Notes: a model not told the origin generated them from the sequence alone. A DNA stretch of 63,919 bases, filler included, from Octopus bimaculoides (GCF_001194135.2; 6 parts of 6 records of this genome joined end to end with filler, not necessarily neighbours in it), one strand, 5' to 3'. Shown: positions 25,095-38,575, counted from the whole stretch's first letter. Numbers and translations are program-made.

Positions 25095-25880
25095 CTTTCG
25101 TTGGCTACGAAGGTCTTCAGCAACATCGAGATGAACGCAGTACTAAAATCTCTGAAAATGTAAGGAGTTGAGGTGCAATACACCAAACGATATAGCTCTG
25201 CTATTGCCACTCTAAGAGTTTCATCTAAGATGGATGTCAAACAAGGAGACAGCATCTCTCCAAAGTTTTTTTACCGCATGCCTAGTAATAGTAAAAAAAA
25301 AGGGCATCAACTGGAAAGAGGGCATGAACATACTTATCGAACTATGAAATTATACTTATCACCCAAACCACAGATCAACTGCAGACATTCTGACAGAACT
25401 GCACACCCATTGTTCAGCCTTATGTCTTAAACTGAACCGCATGAAAACAAAACACATGCGACCAGGAAGCGTAACGGAGTATGTCACACATTGAATGTGC
25501 ACCGAGACATAGATGCCAAAATGCCGAGGAGAATAAGGGTAGGAAGGAAGGCATTTACTTCGATAACAGATGTGCTCAAAGCAAAGCTGGACAAGACCCT
25601 ACGTGTCAGACCCTATCATAGTACTGTCTTAACTGTGCTGTCTATATGCAAGTGGGTTACTGCGAAGAAGGAGAAACATCGACTGGATACGTCTCAAAGG
25701 GCGATGGAAAAATCCATGCAAGGAATATCGTTGCGAGAGCATATCCGAAAAGAGATTATTCGCGAGAGAAACGGAGTGAACGGTGTTATCGCATAATATG
25801 AGAAGTCAAAGTCCCGCTAAGCCGGACATGTCGCAAGATTCACTGGCAGCAGGTGGACCCGTACATTTGAGTTATATCCG
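25095..25880 (+). mobile_element. RTE-clade LINE reverse-transcriptase relic
   Basis: Fragments ...VKQGDSISPKFF, ...RRIRVGRKAFTSITDVLKAKLDKTLR...QRAMEKSMQGISLREHIRKEIIRERNGVNGVIA, typical of the RTE RT C-terminal half. Many indels. Confidence 0.85.
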
Positions 25881-26549
25881 CGATGATGTGAAAACAATTT
25901 GGCTCAAAATCGAAAAGAACTGGAAGATACAAAACAATTGTAGGAGTGGCTGTGTGGTAAGTAGCTTGCTTACCAACCACATGGTCCCGGGTTCAGTCCC
26001 AAAAGAAACAGGAAGTAAGAGAAAGAGTACAGCAGGGTTCGCCACCATCCCCTGCCGCAGCCTCGTGGAGGTTTAGGTGTTTTTGCGCAATAAACACTCA
26101 CAACGCCCGGTCTGGGAATTGAAACCGCGATCCTANNNNNNNNNNNNNNNNNNNNNNNNNNNNNNNNNNNNNNNNNNNNNNNNNNNNNNNNNNNNNNNNN
26201 NNNNNNNNNNNNNNNNNNNNNNNNNNNNNNNNNNNNNNNNNNNNNNNNNNNNNNNNNNNNNNNNNNNNNNNNNNNNNNNNNNNNNNNNNNNNNNNNNNNN
26301 NNNNNNNNNNNNNNNNNNNNNNNNNNNNNNNNNNNNNNNNNNNNNNNNNNNNNNNNNNNNNNNNNNNNNNNNNNNNNNNNNNNNNNNNNNNNNNNNNNNN
26401 NNNNNNNNNNNNNNNNNNNNNNNNNNNNNNNNNNNNNNNNNNNNNNNNNNNNNNNNNNNNNNNNNNNNTAGTTTGTGGAATCAAAAGGATTTTTTTTTGT
26501 TTCTGGGCTAGTTTGGCATGGTTCGGTAGTTTTTAGATTGGTCTTAGAG

Positions 26550-28420
26550 TTCAAGATGGTGTGTGTGTGTGTGTGTGCACACGGTTCTATGCGCGTGTGT
26601 ATATATATATGTGCATGTGTATGTATGTGGGGTTTTTTGACTAGTCTTAGAGTTCAGTGGTGTGTGTGTGTGTGCGCATGTATGTATGGGTCTGTGCATG
26701 TGTGTGTTTTATATTTAGCAGGGTGGTGTGTGCATATGTGCACGTTTGTCTGTGTGTGTGTGTGTGTGTGTGATTCGTATTTGTCAGAGGTGCTGTTTAT
26801 GTGCACGTGTGTGTATGTATTTGTGTATATGTGTTTGTTCGTGTGTGTGTGTGTATGTGTTTGTCTGTATGTGTGTCCGTGTGTATGTTCGTGTGCGTTG
26901 TGTTGGTCAGCCAGGTGTGTGCGTGCACGTGAGTATGTGTGTGCGCGTGTCACTCTGTGTGTGTTTGTAGTGTTATAATTGTCCGGGTGGTGTCTGCGTG
27001 TGTGTGTGTGTGCGTGCGCATACATATGTGTGTGGGGGTAAATATGCATGTGTGTGTTTGAGTGTGTATATGTGCGTGAGTGCGCTGTATTTGTCAGGGG
27101 CTGTGTGTGTCCGTGTGTATTAAGTTTATCAGGGTGGTGTGTATGTGTGCGTGTGTGTGTGTGTGCGTGTACTATTATGTGTGTTTGTACTGAGTATGCG
27201 TTTGTGTGTGTATATGTGGGTATGGTTTATGTAGTTTTTCGGGTGTGTGTGCATGTGCGTGTGTGTGTGTGCCATATTTATTGTGGCTAAGTGTGTGCGT
27301 GTACGTGTGCATGAGTGTGTACGTGTATGTTATTTTTCTGTGCGGTCTGTGCACATGTTTGGGTATATTTTCGTCAGTGTTTTATTTGTATTGTTTGTGT
27401 TGTGTGTGTGTGTGTGTTTACGTGTGGGTGTGTTTGTGTGAGCATGTCTTGTATTTGGCAGTGTGGTGTGTATTATTGTGTACGTGTACGTGTACGTGCT
27501 TGTGTATGTGTGTATGTGTGTGTGTGTGACTGTGAGTGTTTGTTGTGATTCTTGGAACTGTACTGCGTGTGTATATGTGTCTGTTTTGTCTTTGATTATG
27601 TGTGTGTGTGTGTGTGTGTTTTTTTACAGGGGAATGAGCATATTGTGTTTGTGTGTGTGTGTGTGTGTGTACGTATGTATGCATATATGCGTGTGGGGGG
27701 GAGGAGCTGTGTTGTATTTGTGTGTGTTTGTGTGTGTATCTGTGCATGTGTGGGTGTGTTTGTGTGTGTATCTGTGCATGTGTGGGTGTGTTTGTGTGTG
27801 TATCTGTGCATGTGTGGGTGTGTTTGTGTGTGTGTGTCTCGTAATTGTCAGGGTGGTGTGTGTAAGTGTGTGCGGCAGCGGACTCGCAGTCATAGGATCG
27901 CGGTTTCGATTCCCAGACCGGGCGTTGTGAGTGTTTATTGAGCGAAAACAACCTAAAGCTCCACGAAGCTCCGGCAGGGGATGGTGGCGAACCCTGCTGT
28001 ACTCTTTCACCACAACTTTCTCTCACTCTTACTTCCTGTTTCTGTTGTGCCTGTAATTCAAAGGGGTCAGCCTTGTCACACTGTGTCACGCTGAATATCC
28101 CCCCGAGAACTATGTTAAGGGTACACGTGTCTGTGGAGTGCTCAGCCACTTGCACGCTAATTTCAAGAGCAGGCTGTTCCGTTGATCGGATCAACTGGAA
28201 ACCTCGACGTCGTAAGCGACAGAGTGCCAACATGTGTGTGTATCTGTGGGTGTTTGCTGTGATTGCTAGAATCGTATGGCATGTGTATATGTATGTGTGT
28301 TTTTCCTGGAATGTGTGTGTGTGTGTGTTTGTGCTCGAGAGTGGGGATATTGTGTTTGTGCGTGTGCGGCAGGTTGCATTGTATTTGCGCGTGTGTTTGT
28401 ACATCTCTGTGTGTCTGTTC
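26550..28420. repeat. Degenerate (TG)n-based compound satellite with an inserted family B SINE
   Basis: TG-rich blocks punctuated by a recurring TATTTGTCAGGGTGG-like motif. 30-bp unit GTGTGTATCTGTGCATGTGTGGGTGTGTTT about three times at 27730-27830. Confidence 0.8.
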
Positions 28421-28428
28421 TAGATGCA

Positions 28429-28750
28429 GTGAAGGCGCATGGCTTAGTGGTTAGGGCATTCCGCTCGCGATTGGAAGGTTGTGCGTTCGATTCCCGGCGA
28501 CGCGTTGTGTCCTTGAGCAAGACACTTTATTTCACGTTGCTCCAGTCCACTCAGCTGGCAAAAATGAGTAGTACCTGTATTTCAAAGGGCCAACCTTGTC
28601 ACACTCTGTGTCACGCTGAATCTCCCTGAGAACTACGTTAAGGGTACACGTGTCTGTGGAGTGCTCAGCCACTTGCACGTTAATTTCACGAGCAAGCTGT
28701 TCCGTTGATGGTATCAGCTGGGACCCTCGTCGTCGTAACCGATGGAGTGC
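28429..28750 (+). mobile_element. tRNA-derived SINE, family C
   Basis: Head GGCGCATGGCTTAGTGG...GTTCGATTCC, central GTTGTGTCCTTGAGCAAGACACTTTATTTCACGTTGCTCCAG block, then the family B tail. Related copies at 21050, 34560-34790, 40617-40905 and 63290-63530 (-). Confidence 0.85.
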
Positions 28751-29710
28751 NNNNNNNNNNNNNNNNNNNNNNNNNNNNNNNNNNNNNNNNNNNNNNNNNN
28801 NNNNNNNNNNNNNNNNNNNNNNNNNNNNNNNNNNNNNNNNNNNNNNNNNNNNNNNNNNNNNNNNNNNNNNNNNNNNNNNNNNNNNNNNNNNNNNNNNNNN
28901 NNNNNNNNNNNNNNNNNNNNNNNNNNNNNNNNNNNNNNNNNNNNNNNNNNNNNNNNNNNNNNNNNNNNNNNNNNNNNNNNNNNNNNNNNNNNNNNNNNNN
29001 NNNNNNNNNNNNNNNNNNNNNNNNNNNNNNNNNNNNNNNNNNNNNNNNNNNNNNNNNNNNNNNNNNNNNNNNNNNNNNNNNNNNNNNNNNNNNNNNNNNN
29101 NNNNNNNNNNNNNNNNNNNNNNNNNNNNNNNNNNNNNNNNNNNNNNNNNNNNNNNNNNNNNNNNNNNNNNNNNNNNNNNNNNNNNNNNNNNNNNNNNNNN
29201 NNNNNNNNNNNNNNNNNNNNNNNNNNNNNNNNNNNNNNNNNNNNNNNNNNNNNNNNNNNNNNNNNNNNNNNNNNNNNNNNNNNNNNNNNNNNNNNNNNNN
29301 NNNNNNNNNNNNNNNNNNNNNNNNNNNNNNNNNNNNNNNNNNNNNNNNNNNNNNNNNNNNNNNNNNNNNNNNNNNNNNNNNNNNNNNNNNNNNNNNNNNN
29401 NNNNNNNNNNNNNNNNNNNNNNNNNNNNNNNNNNNNNNNNNNNNNNNNNNNNNNNNNNNNNNNNNNNNNNNNNNNNNNNNNNNNNNNNNNNNNNNNNNNN
29501 NNNNNNNNNNNNNNNNNNNNNNNNNNNNNNNNNNNNNNNNNNNNNNNNNNNNNNNNNNNNNNNNNNNNNNNNNNNNNNNNNNNNNNNNNNNNNNNNNNNN
29601 NNNNNNNNNNNNNNNNNNNNNNNNNNNNNNNNNNNNNNNNNNNNNNNNNNNNNNNNNNNNNNNNNNNNNNNNNNNNNNNNNNNNNNNNNNNNNNNNNNNN
29701 NNNNNNNNNN

Positions 29711-29742
<32 letters not shown>

Positions 29743-30271
29743 TGCGTGTGTGTGTGTGTGTAACAAGCAAAGTATCGAGTTGTAGAATTTCTATAAGAGA
29801 TGCAGGTAGTAACTCTGCTGAAAAGTAATGGTTGTTACTGCCTTAATGCGGTTGTTTAATACAGAACAATGCTGCTACTCTTTTTAACCCCAGGAGAACA
29901 CCCCTTCCAGCTGCTTAATGACACACTCCCACCTAGCGTTAACAGGACCAGTAGACCAGCTGGTTTCAGGATCTTACCCTTGTTCGGTACTGGTATACAT
30001 GTCTGCTAGACATGGCAGTCGTTTGTCCCAGTTTGCAATATATAAATAAATAAGCGACATTTAGCCGCTGATTTTGCATCAAGCAAAGTAGCTTCTACAA
30101 AGATTTACAACTTTACTCTTTTACTCTTTTGCTTGGTTCAGTCATTTGACTGCGGCCATGCTGGAGCACCGCCTTTAGTCGAGCAAATCGACCCCCAGGA
30201 CTTATTCGTTGTAAGCCTAGTACTTATTCTAGCGGTCTATTTTGCCGAACCGCTAAGTTACGGGGACGTAA

Positions 30272-30371
30272 NNNNNNNNNNNNNNNNNNNNNNNNNNNNN
30301 NNNNNNNNNNNNNNNTTAATTAATTAANNNNNNNNNNNNNNNNNNNNNNNNNNNNNNNNNNNNNNNNNNNN
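30272..30371. other. Artificial 100-bp spacer
   Basis: Linker at 30316-30327. The family A SINE is reverse-oriented on the left and forward-oriented on the right, so the flanks do not read through. Confidence 0.95.
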
Positions 30372-30654
30372 TATATAATATATGTGTGTATGTGTGCGTG
30401 TGTGTGTGTGTGTGTGCGCGGGTGTGTTTCTGTTTGTCCCCCATCATCGCTTGACAACCAATGCTGGTGTGTTTACGTCTCCGTCACCTAGTGGTTTGGC
30501 AAAAGAGAAGAATAGAATAAGTACTAGGTTTACAAAGAGCACGCCCTGGGCTCGATTTGCACGACTAAAGGTGGTGCTCCAGCATGGCCGCAGTCAAATG
30601 ACTGAAACAAGTAAAAGAATAAAAGAATACAGATAGACAGGCAGTCAGACAGGC

Positions 30655-30739
<85 letters not shown>

Positions 30740-30859
30740 CAGTGTCACAGCACGGCTACAGTCTAATGACTGCAGCAAAGGAAAGAATATAAATATAATG
30801 TGTTGGTACATCTCTAGCAATATGTTCGGAGTTCAGTCAGATAACAAAGTAATGCTGTT

Positions 30860-31203
30860 AGTAGAATTGGTAAGAAGGAAGATGAGAAGAAATACAATAA
30901 AATCGAATGAAATAGTAAAATAAAACAGGATAAGATACAATAAGGTGGGAAAAGAAAGAATATAGAATGCAAGAATTAAAAAAAAAACAATATACATAAA
31001 ATACAAGTTAGTAGATACAAGGAAGTTTAATTTTCTGTAATAGGTTGATGGATATAAATTTCTTTTTAAAGATCTCGGATTTAAAAACGTTAAAGGTTCG
31101 TGGATATAAAAGTTTTAGAAGTTTTTAAAGTTTTTTTTAATTTTTCAGTTTTGAAAGTTTAAGGGTGTATAAAACGTTTGTGGATATTGAAGTAGATATA
31201 AAA

Positions 31204-31273
<70 letters not shown>

Positions 31274-31299
31274 ACAGACAGGCAGACAGACAGACAGAC

Positions 31300-31342
<43 letters not shown>

Positions 31343-31790
31343 CAGACAGGCAGGCAGACAGACAGATAGATAAATAGATCTATATGTCTGCCTAACTAGC
31401 TATCGACACATTTACCTGTCTCTCTAGCCATCTATCTAACTATCCACTGCTACACTTACTTCTGTATCCACAAACCTTTTATAAATCCTTAAGCTTTTAA
31501 AACTTCTAAACATTTTAAAACTTTTAAAACTTCAAAGTATTTTGAAACTTTCAAGACGTATATCCACGAACCTTTAAATCTTCTACATCTGTCACCTTTG
31601 AAAAAAAATTATATCCATCAACTTATTAAAGAAATTTAAACCGCCTTGTATCCTACTATCTTTATTACATATTATGTTGTTTTACTTTTATTTCATTTCG
31701 GTCCCCCACCTTATCTTATCCTGTCTTAATTTATTTCATTTTCATTTTATTTCCCCTTATCCTCCTCCCTACGTATCCTACTAAGGGCGT
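30860..31790. repeat. Large imperfect inverted repeat (~300-bp arms) around a microsatellite spacer
   Basis: Nested matches: AAAGGTTCGTGGATATA / TATATCCACGAACCTTT; GTTGATGGATATAA / TTATATCCATCAAC; GTAG-ATACAAGG / CCTTGTATCCTAC; ATAAGGTGGG / CCCACCTTAT. Confidence 0.8.
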
Positions 31791-31808
31791 TATTTTGTCA
31801 TCATTCAA

Positions 31809-31839
<31 letters not shown>

Positions 31840-31985
31840 GATAGATAGATATACAGGGCAGGNNNNNNNNNNNNNNNNNNNNNNNNNNNNNNNNNNNNNN
31901 NNNNNNNNNNNNNNNNNNNNNNNNNNNNNNNNNNNNNNNNNNNNNNNNNNNNNNNNNNNNNNNNNNNNNNNNNNNNNNNNNNNNN

Positions 31986-32035
<50 letters not shown>

Positions 32036-32726
32036 GTATATATGTATGTACGTATGTATGTATGTATGTATGTACACATGTTCGCTTCTATTTTTAAATA
32101 TTTGAAGACTTCCTGTAAACAAGGAGCTGGTTCCTAAAATAGATATAAAACTCCGTTGCTGAAACATTGATAGCAAAACAATGTCGTATGTTGAACTTGA
32201 GAAAAGCTTTGAATATTTTTACTGCTTCACATACAAATTCTATTTCTAATGCGTGTGTTAACTGATTCATTTCTTTTTCTGAAAACCCCACCTTTCACAG
32301 ATTATCACTAACAAAATCAAGTGTACCAATTATTATTGTTATAAATGTAGATTTATAATCTGGTTGTGTATAAGTATGCATGTATATATGGAAGCGGTTG
32401 ACAGCGAGGGAGATTGTTCCGGAATTATAAATATTTCAGTCTCTTTTGTAACATTTCAGACCTTTCTGTCAATGATATGATTTAAGAAACGTTGTTATTT
32501 CCCTTGACAACGGTCAGACTTCTGTTAGCTATACTTTTAAGATCTGATTAGAAACACTAGGCCACATACATATCAATGTAATACGTATGTGTTTGTCTGT
32601 TTGTATGCACGTGTGTATGTGTCTATATACGCGTGTGTGAGTGTGGTGTTTGTATTTATGTGTGTACTTCACATTCAAGAGATGAATGCGAATAGTTACT
32701 CAAAGTGCTCAATTCAATGATTCACA

Positions 32727-32965
32727 AAGGCGGCGAGCTGGTAGAAACGTTAGCACGCCGGGCGAAATGCTTAGCAGTATTTCGTCTGCCGTTATGTTCT
32801 GAGTTAAAATTCCGCCGAGGTCGACTTTGCCTTTCATCCTTTCGGGATCGATAAATTAAGTACCAGTTACGCACTGGGGTCGATGTAATCGACTTAATCC
32901 CTTTGTCTGTCCTTGTTTATCCCCTCTCTATGTTTAGCCCCTCGTGGGCAGTAAAGAAATAAGAA
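32727..32965 (+). mobile_element. Full-length SINE, family D
   Basis: AAGGCGGCGAGCTGG...GCCTTTCATCCTTTCGGG.TCGATAAATTAAGTACCAG...GTAAAGAAATAAGAA. Other copies at 32970, 37340, 37545, 44500, 47390, 49655, 50180, 53954-54185, 55766-55980, 58962 and 63610. Confidence 0.9.
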
Positions 32966-33728
32966 ACTTTGGTTTCAAATTTTGTCACAAGGTCAGCAGA
33001 TTTGGGTAGGAGGCCAAGTCGATTAAATCAACCCCAGTATTCAGCAGGCACCTATTTTATCATGCCCGAAAGGAAGAAAGATAAATTCAATCTCACCGGG
33101 ATTTGAACACAAAACGTGAAGACGGATGAAATACCGCTAAGCATTTTGTCTGGCAAATTAAATAAAATTTGGGATTTTTTTGCGGAGGATGAAAGTGGTA
33201 ACAAAAACAGGACAGTGAGAACAAAACAGTAAAAACAAACGGTGAGGGCTGTTAAGCCAAGGTGATGTGAAGTGCTGAACGATGGAAAAATGAGCTTTGA
33301 GAAGAGACAGATAAAAGCACGTCTTGTCTTTAGCAAGGAAGTGGAAGAAAGATGGCAGGCCGTTTGTCACGTGTGAGCAACAAGAGAGTTAAGGAGAAGA
33401 AGGAAGAGTGAGAGAGAGGGGGGACGGTGAAGGGGAGAGGGGAAGAATATGGAAAGAGTGGGAGAGAAAAACAGAAAGGAAGAGGAACAAGAGAGGGAGA
33501 TAGATAGACGGAAAAGAGATAGAATAAGAGTGCGCATCGTAATTATTAAGATAAAACTTACTTGGAAAACGATGCGTGGCGTGGCCCCTTAGTTTGCCGG
33601 CCTCGGGTCCTACTAAAAGTACATATTGCCTGCAGCAGACCCAAAAGTGGTGCCTCCTGGGCTGGACCGCCCCTCCGCCCCCTCTAGCTACGCTATTGTG
33701 TATATATATGTGTGTGTGTGTGTGTATC

Positions 33729-33783
<55 letters not shown>

Positions 33784-34080
33784 TAAGGTAGCTGTACTTT
33801 TAATGTCAAATAATTTTTTCATTATTTCTTGTAGATTTTTATCGGAAATTATAATTACTCTTTAAATATAATTTCATTTTTTTTACTTCTTTGCAAAATA
33901 TTCTTTAGTGTTTATTGTATCTGAAAGATTTTATTTGGAATATTTATTATTCGAATCATTTCCGCAAATTAATTTTAAATTATTTTTCATCACTTATATT
34001 GTCTTTTTGTTTTGTTTGTTCCTTTTAGCTATTTTGCAAAACATTTTTTACCAGCATATAGTCTGTATTGTAATTTTAGA

Positions 34081-34408
34081 TGCTTCGAATTTCTTCGTAA
34101 TATCTCGAAACCAGTATTACAAAGATGTTTCGAATTTCTTCGTAATATCTCGAAACCGGTATTACAAAGTNNNNNNNNNNNNNNNNNNNNNNCTTCGAAT
34201 TTCTTCGTAATATCTCGAAACCAGTATTACAAAGATGTTTCGAATTTCTTCGTAATATCTCGAAACCGGTATTACAAAGTTGTTTCAAATTTCTTCGTAA
34301 TATCTCGAAACCAGTATTACAAAGATGTTTCGAATTTCTTCGTAATATCTCGAAACCGGTATTACAAAGATGTTTCAAATTTCTTCGTAATATCTCGAAA
34401 CCAGTATA
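34081..34408 (+). repeat. 45-bp minisatellite (about 7 units, interrupted by a gap)
   Basis: Unit TTCGAATTTCTTCGTAATATCTCGAAACC(A/G)GTATTACAAAGATGT; the CCAG and CCGG variants alternate. Confidence 0.95.
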
Positions 34409-35681
34409 TATTTCAGAATTGTTTTACCTCTTTGGAACCTCTTTTACTACTTACCTGGTGAAGGTGAGAGATGATCTAGATATAAGGTTTGTTCTACATA
34501 AAAGCAGAAGGGTTGTCGTCAGTAGTATTAATATAATACTGCAGTAGTGTTGAGGGTGCAAAGCCTAATAGTTAGGCTGTAGCACTCACGATTGTGAGAT
34601 CGTGGGTCCAATTCCTTGGCTGGGCGATGCGTTGTGTTCTCGAGGAAAACTATTTATTTCTCGTTGCTCTACGATCACTTCGACATTTGACGTATGGCAC
34701 AACATGAACATGTACAGATTATGTCAATTTGATGGGGGGAAGTGAGCTAATGTGTTGATATGATCGCTATAAACAAATCATCTGTACAAGTTGTTCGGCA
34801 AGAAAGTGCAGAAACGTCTTTCTCGAACCGAAGAGACTACCATTATAGTAGTGTTAATACGCTTATGTAAATCCATTTGTATATTCAGTAATCAAGCAAT
34901 TCAAAGAGTGTCAATGAGCAGCTGGGGCAGTTGTTCAAGCAACTGAGCGTACACTGTCGAAATCAATGGAGAACCAATTTTTCATTTAGTCCAGGCGAGC
35001 TCTGATCGTGTACACGCATGGCCAAAAGTATTAATGTTTAGTGAGCGATATGGGGGCTGTGATCAAAAGTGTTCCAGCTGTCACCATCACGTCTTTTATT
35101 GAGATAAAACATACGTTAAGCATCATAAAGTTTCCATTCTCTTAAAATACAGTAGCGATTGATTTGAGGGTCATGTGATCATTTTGACCACAAAACCCTC
35201 AAATCACTCACGTGATCACATCTTTTAATTAAGCTCAATGCATGCAATACAATATTGCTCGCGACAGAAATCCACTTTAGAGCCCCTTTACCCAAAGCGC
35301 TCCAGCCATGATCATCTCTTATTATATTCATGAAGCATGGTGCATATAAGACAACAATATTCCTCTATTCTTTCCTTTAAAATACAGCAGTATGTGAATT
35401 TTTTACATGTTTCAGTCATGGGTAGGGGCTATATTGGGGCACCGCCTTGAAGGGTTCAGTGGAAGGAATCGATCTGAGAACATCTTTTTTTCTTTTTAAT
35501 CCGGCATTTATTCTATCGGTGTCTTTTGCTGAACCACTGAGTTACGGGAACGTAAACGCATCAACACTGATTATCAAATGGTGGTTTGGAAACAAACACA
35601 AACTTACATACATACACACACACACACACACACGTACATTTATATGTACGTGTGTGTGTATATGTATATATCTATATATAA

Positions 35682-35780
<99 letters not shown>

Positions 35781-36597
35781 TCGCTGCTTCCGCAAACAAA
35801 ATTCTGTTGCAAGGCGTTGGCCTGCCCGAGGTTATAGTAGAAAACACTTGCCTACGGTGCCGTGAGTAGGATTGAACCTAAAACCACATGACTGCTAGGC
35901 GAGCTTCTTAACCACACCACCCATCCTGCGCCTACGTAAGTGAGTTAGTTATTTGTTTACTTATTTACTTATTTATTCTTGTGAAGGGAAGGTACACTGA
36001 AGAGTATTCCATTCGTTAAATTTCTTCCAACCACTTGAAGTATTTAGATTTTTCGCCAGATTATTTTCAAAATCTGTGGTTTTGATGTAGTTTTGCATGC
36101 TGATTAAATGAATGTAATCTTGGTCATCAGTATTCAGAACTACTTCAGTAGAGAAAATAAGAAAATATTCTGGTGCTTATTTCAGAAAATTTTAGTGGTA
36201 GAAAAGAATTTAACAATTTCTCAGCATCCACTTTCCGTTAATTTTCAAACTACGATAAGCAGTGATTTGGAAACAAAACATTGCTAGCTATTTCTATCAC
36301 GACGAGAGACAGGAGAAAAGTTCCTTCATTAGAGTATTTGTTGTTTCACGTTTACTCTATATAAAGTCTATATGTGTGTTATAATATTTCAGTGAGGGGA
36401 TCTGTTTATGCATGTCTACGTGTTTTTCTTTTCTTAAAGAAACTTAAATGATCCCACGTACAGATGTAATCAATCACCGACTGCATTTGCAAAATTTTTA
36501 AATATCAGAATTTAAACAACCATAGAATACATCGTACCTCATGCATATTTCTGCAATAAATATGTATGTATGTAGTATGTATGCATGTATGTATGTG

Positions 36598-36636
<39 letters not shown>

Positions 36637-36736
36637 NNNNNNNNNNNNNNNNNNNNNNNNNNNNNNNNNNNNNNNNNNNNTTAATTAATTAANNNNNNNN
36701 NNNNNNNNNNNNNNNNNNNNNNNNNNNNNNNNNNNN
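36637..36736. other. Artificial 100-bp spacer
   Basis: Linker at 36681-36692. Confidence 0.95.
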
Positions 36737-36894
36737 TCTTCTCCTCTTGCTTCTCTTATTCCTTTCTCTTCAGTTTGATAAAGATAATCAACATGCATGT
36801 AAATTTCTCTTCTGTTTCTTCCATTGGCGAATTTATTTTCCTTGTACACTAATCTCATCTGTATGAATTTTATGTATGTATGTATGTATAAGTG

Positions 36895-36895
36895 C

Positions 36896-36932
<37 letters not shown>

Positions 36933-37140
36933 CATAATACCTAGCTACCTACCTACCTACCTACCTACCTACCTACCTACCTACCTACCTACCTACCTAC
37001 CTACCTACCTACCTATCTATCCCTCTATCCATCTGCACACACACATGTATGTATGTATCTATGTATGTACGTATGTATGTATGTATGTATGTATCTATGT
37101 ATGTACGTATGTATGTATGTATGTATGTATGCACTACGTA
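36895..37140. repeat. Compound tetranucleotide microsatellite (TATC)n(TACC)n(TATG)n
   Basis: Direct reading. One of dozens of microsatellite tracts, e.g. (TG)n 4159-4257, (AG)n 31205-31270, (ATC)n(ATT)n 49575-49655 and (ATT)n 50328-50445. Confidence 0.95.
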
Positions 37141-37756
37141 CATTTATATGTATGCACATCTATTTGTATGTACGTTTATCATTCGATAAATATAGCTTGG
37201 TAAAATAAATACCAAACTAAAACAAGCACTTCGAATCGATATGCTTGACTGAAACACTGGAGGCGGATCCTCAGCATGGTCGCTATCCAATGACTGAAAT
37301 CAATAAAAAGAGAAAATAACAACAACAGCAACAACAATGGTATCAAATTTCGGAACATGGCCAGCAATTTCGGGGTAAGGGAAAATCGATTTGATCGACC
37401 CTAAAGCTCAACTGGTACTTATTTTATCGATCCCGAAAGGGTGAAAGCGACGGGAGAAATACCGCTTTAGCATTTCGTCAATGCTTAACGGTATGATAAT
37501 ATTAATAATAATAATAATATCAACAACAACGACAACAACAACACTCCTTTCTACTGTAGGCATAAGGCCTGAAATTTGGCGGAAGGGATTAGGTCGATTA
37601 TATCAACTCCAGCGCGTAACTGGTACTTATTTAATTGATCTCGAAAGGATGAAAGGCAAAGTCAACCTCGGCGGAATTGATCTCAGAACGTAAGACCGGA
37701 AGAAATGCCGCTAAGCATTTTGTCAGGCATGCTAACGATTCTGCCAGCTGGATGCT

Positions 37757-37792
<36 letters not shown>

Positions 37793-38490
37793 TGTCCCGG
37801 TCTTACGAATTTTTAAAGGAGTACGTCCGGGTCATTCAAATTTTACTGTAAGTTGTCATGATTCTTCATGTTTTTAAATAATATGTGGAAATATGTCATG
37901 TATCATGTGTCTCATGTCAAGCTATTCCACGTTTTAATATATTTAATCCAGATTAGTCACGTTTTAATGTAGTATATACCTAGGATTTTTTTTAAGGTTT
38001 CAGTGTAATATACTTAAAATCTAATTTAAACTGAACGCATCAGCATGNNNNNNNNNNNNNNNNNNNNNNNNNNNNNNNNNNNNNNNNNNNNNNNNNNNNN
38101 NNNNNNNNNNNNNNNNNNNNNNNNNNNNNNNNNNNNNNNNNNNNNNNNNNNNNNNNNNNNNNNNNNNNNNNNNNNNNNNNNNNNNNNNNNNNNNNNNNNN
38201 NNNNNNNNNNNNNNNNNNNNNNNNNNNNNNNNNNNNNNNNNNNNNNNNNNNNNNNNNNNNNNNNNNNNNNNNNNNNNNNNNNNNNNNNNNNNNNNNNNNN
38301 NNNNNNNNNNNNNNNNNNNNNNNNNNNNNNNNNNNNNNNNNNNNNNNNNNNNNNNNNNNNNNNNNNNNNNNNNNNNNNNNNNNNNNNNNNNNNNNNNNNN
38401 NNNNNNNNNNNNNNNNNNNNNNNNNNNNNNNNNNNNNNNNNNNNNNNNNNNNNNNNNNNNNNNNNNNNNNNNNNNNNNNNNNNNNNNNNN

Positions 38491-38575
<85 letters not shown>

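Noticed and set aside
27418-28404. 328-aa minus-strand His/Thr-rich ORF
   Set aside because: It is composed of CA-satellite plus the antisense of a family B SINE.
29985-30050. Possible upstream CHST15-like exon ending AAGG|GTAAGA
   Set aside because: Weak acceptor and no recognisable similarity in the required phase-0 frame.
34081-34408. Regularly spaced repeats superficially like a CRISPR array
   Set aside because: Head-to-tail 45-bp units without unique spacers, in a eukaryotic context with no cas genes.
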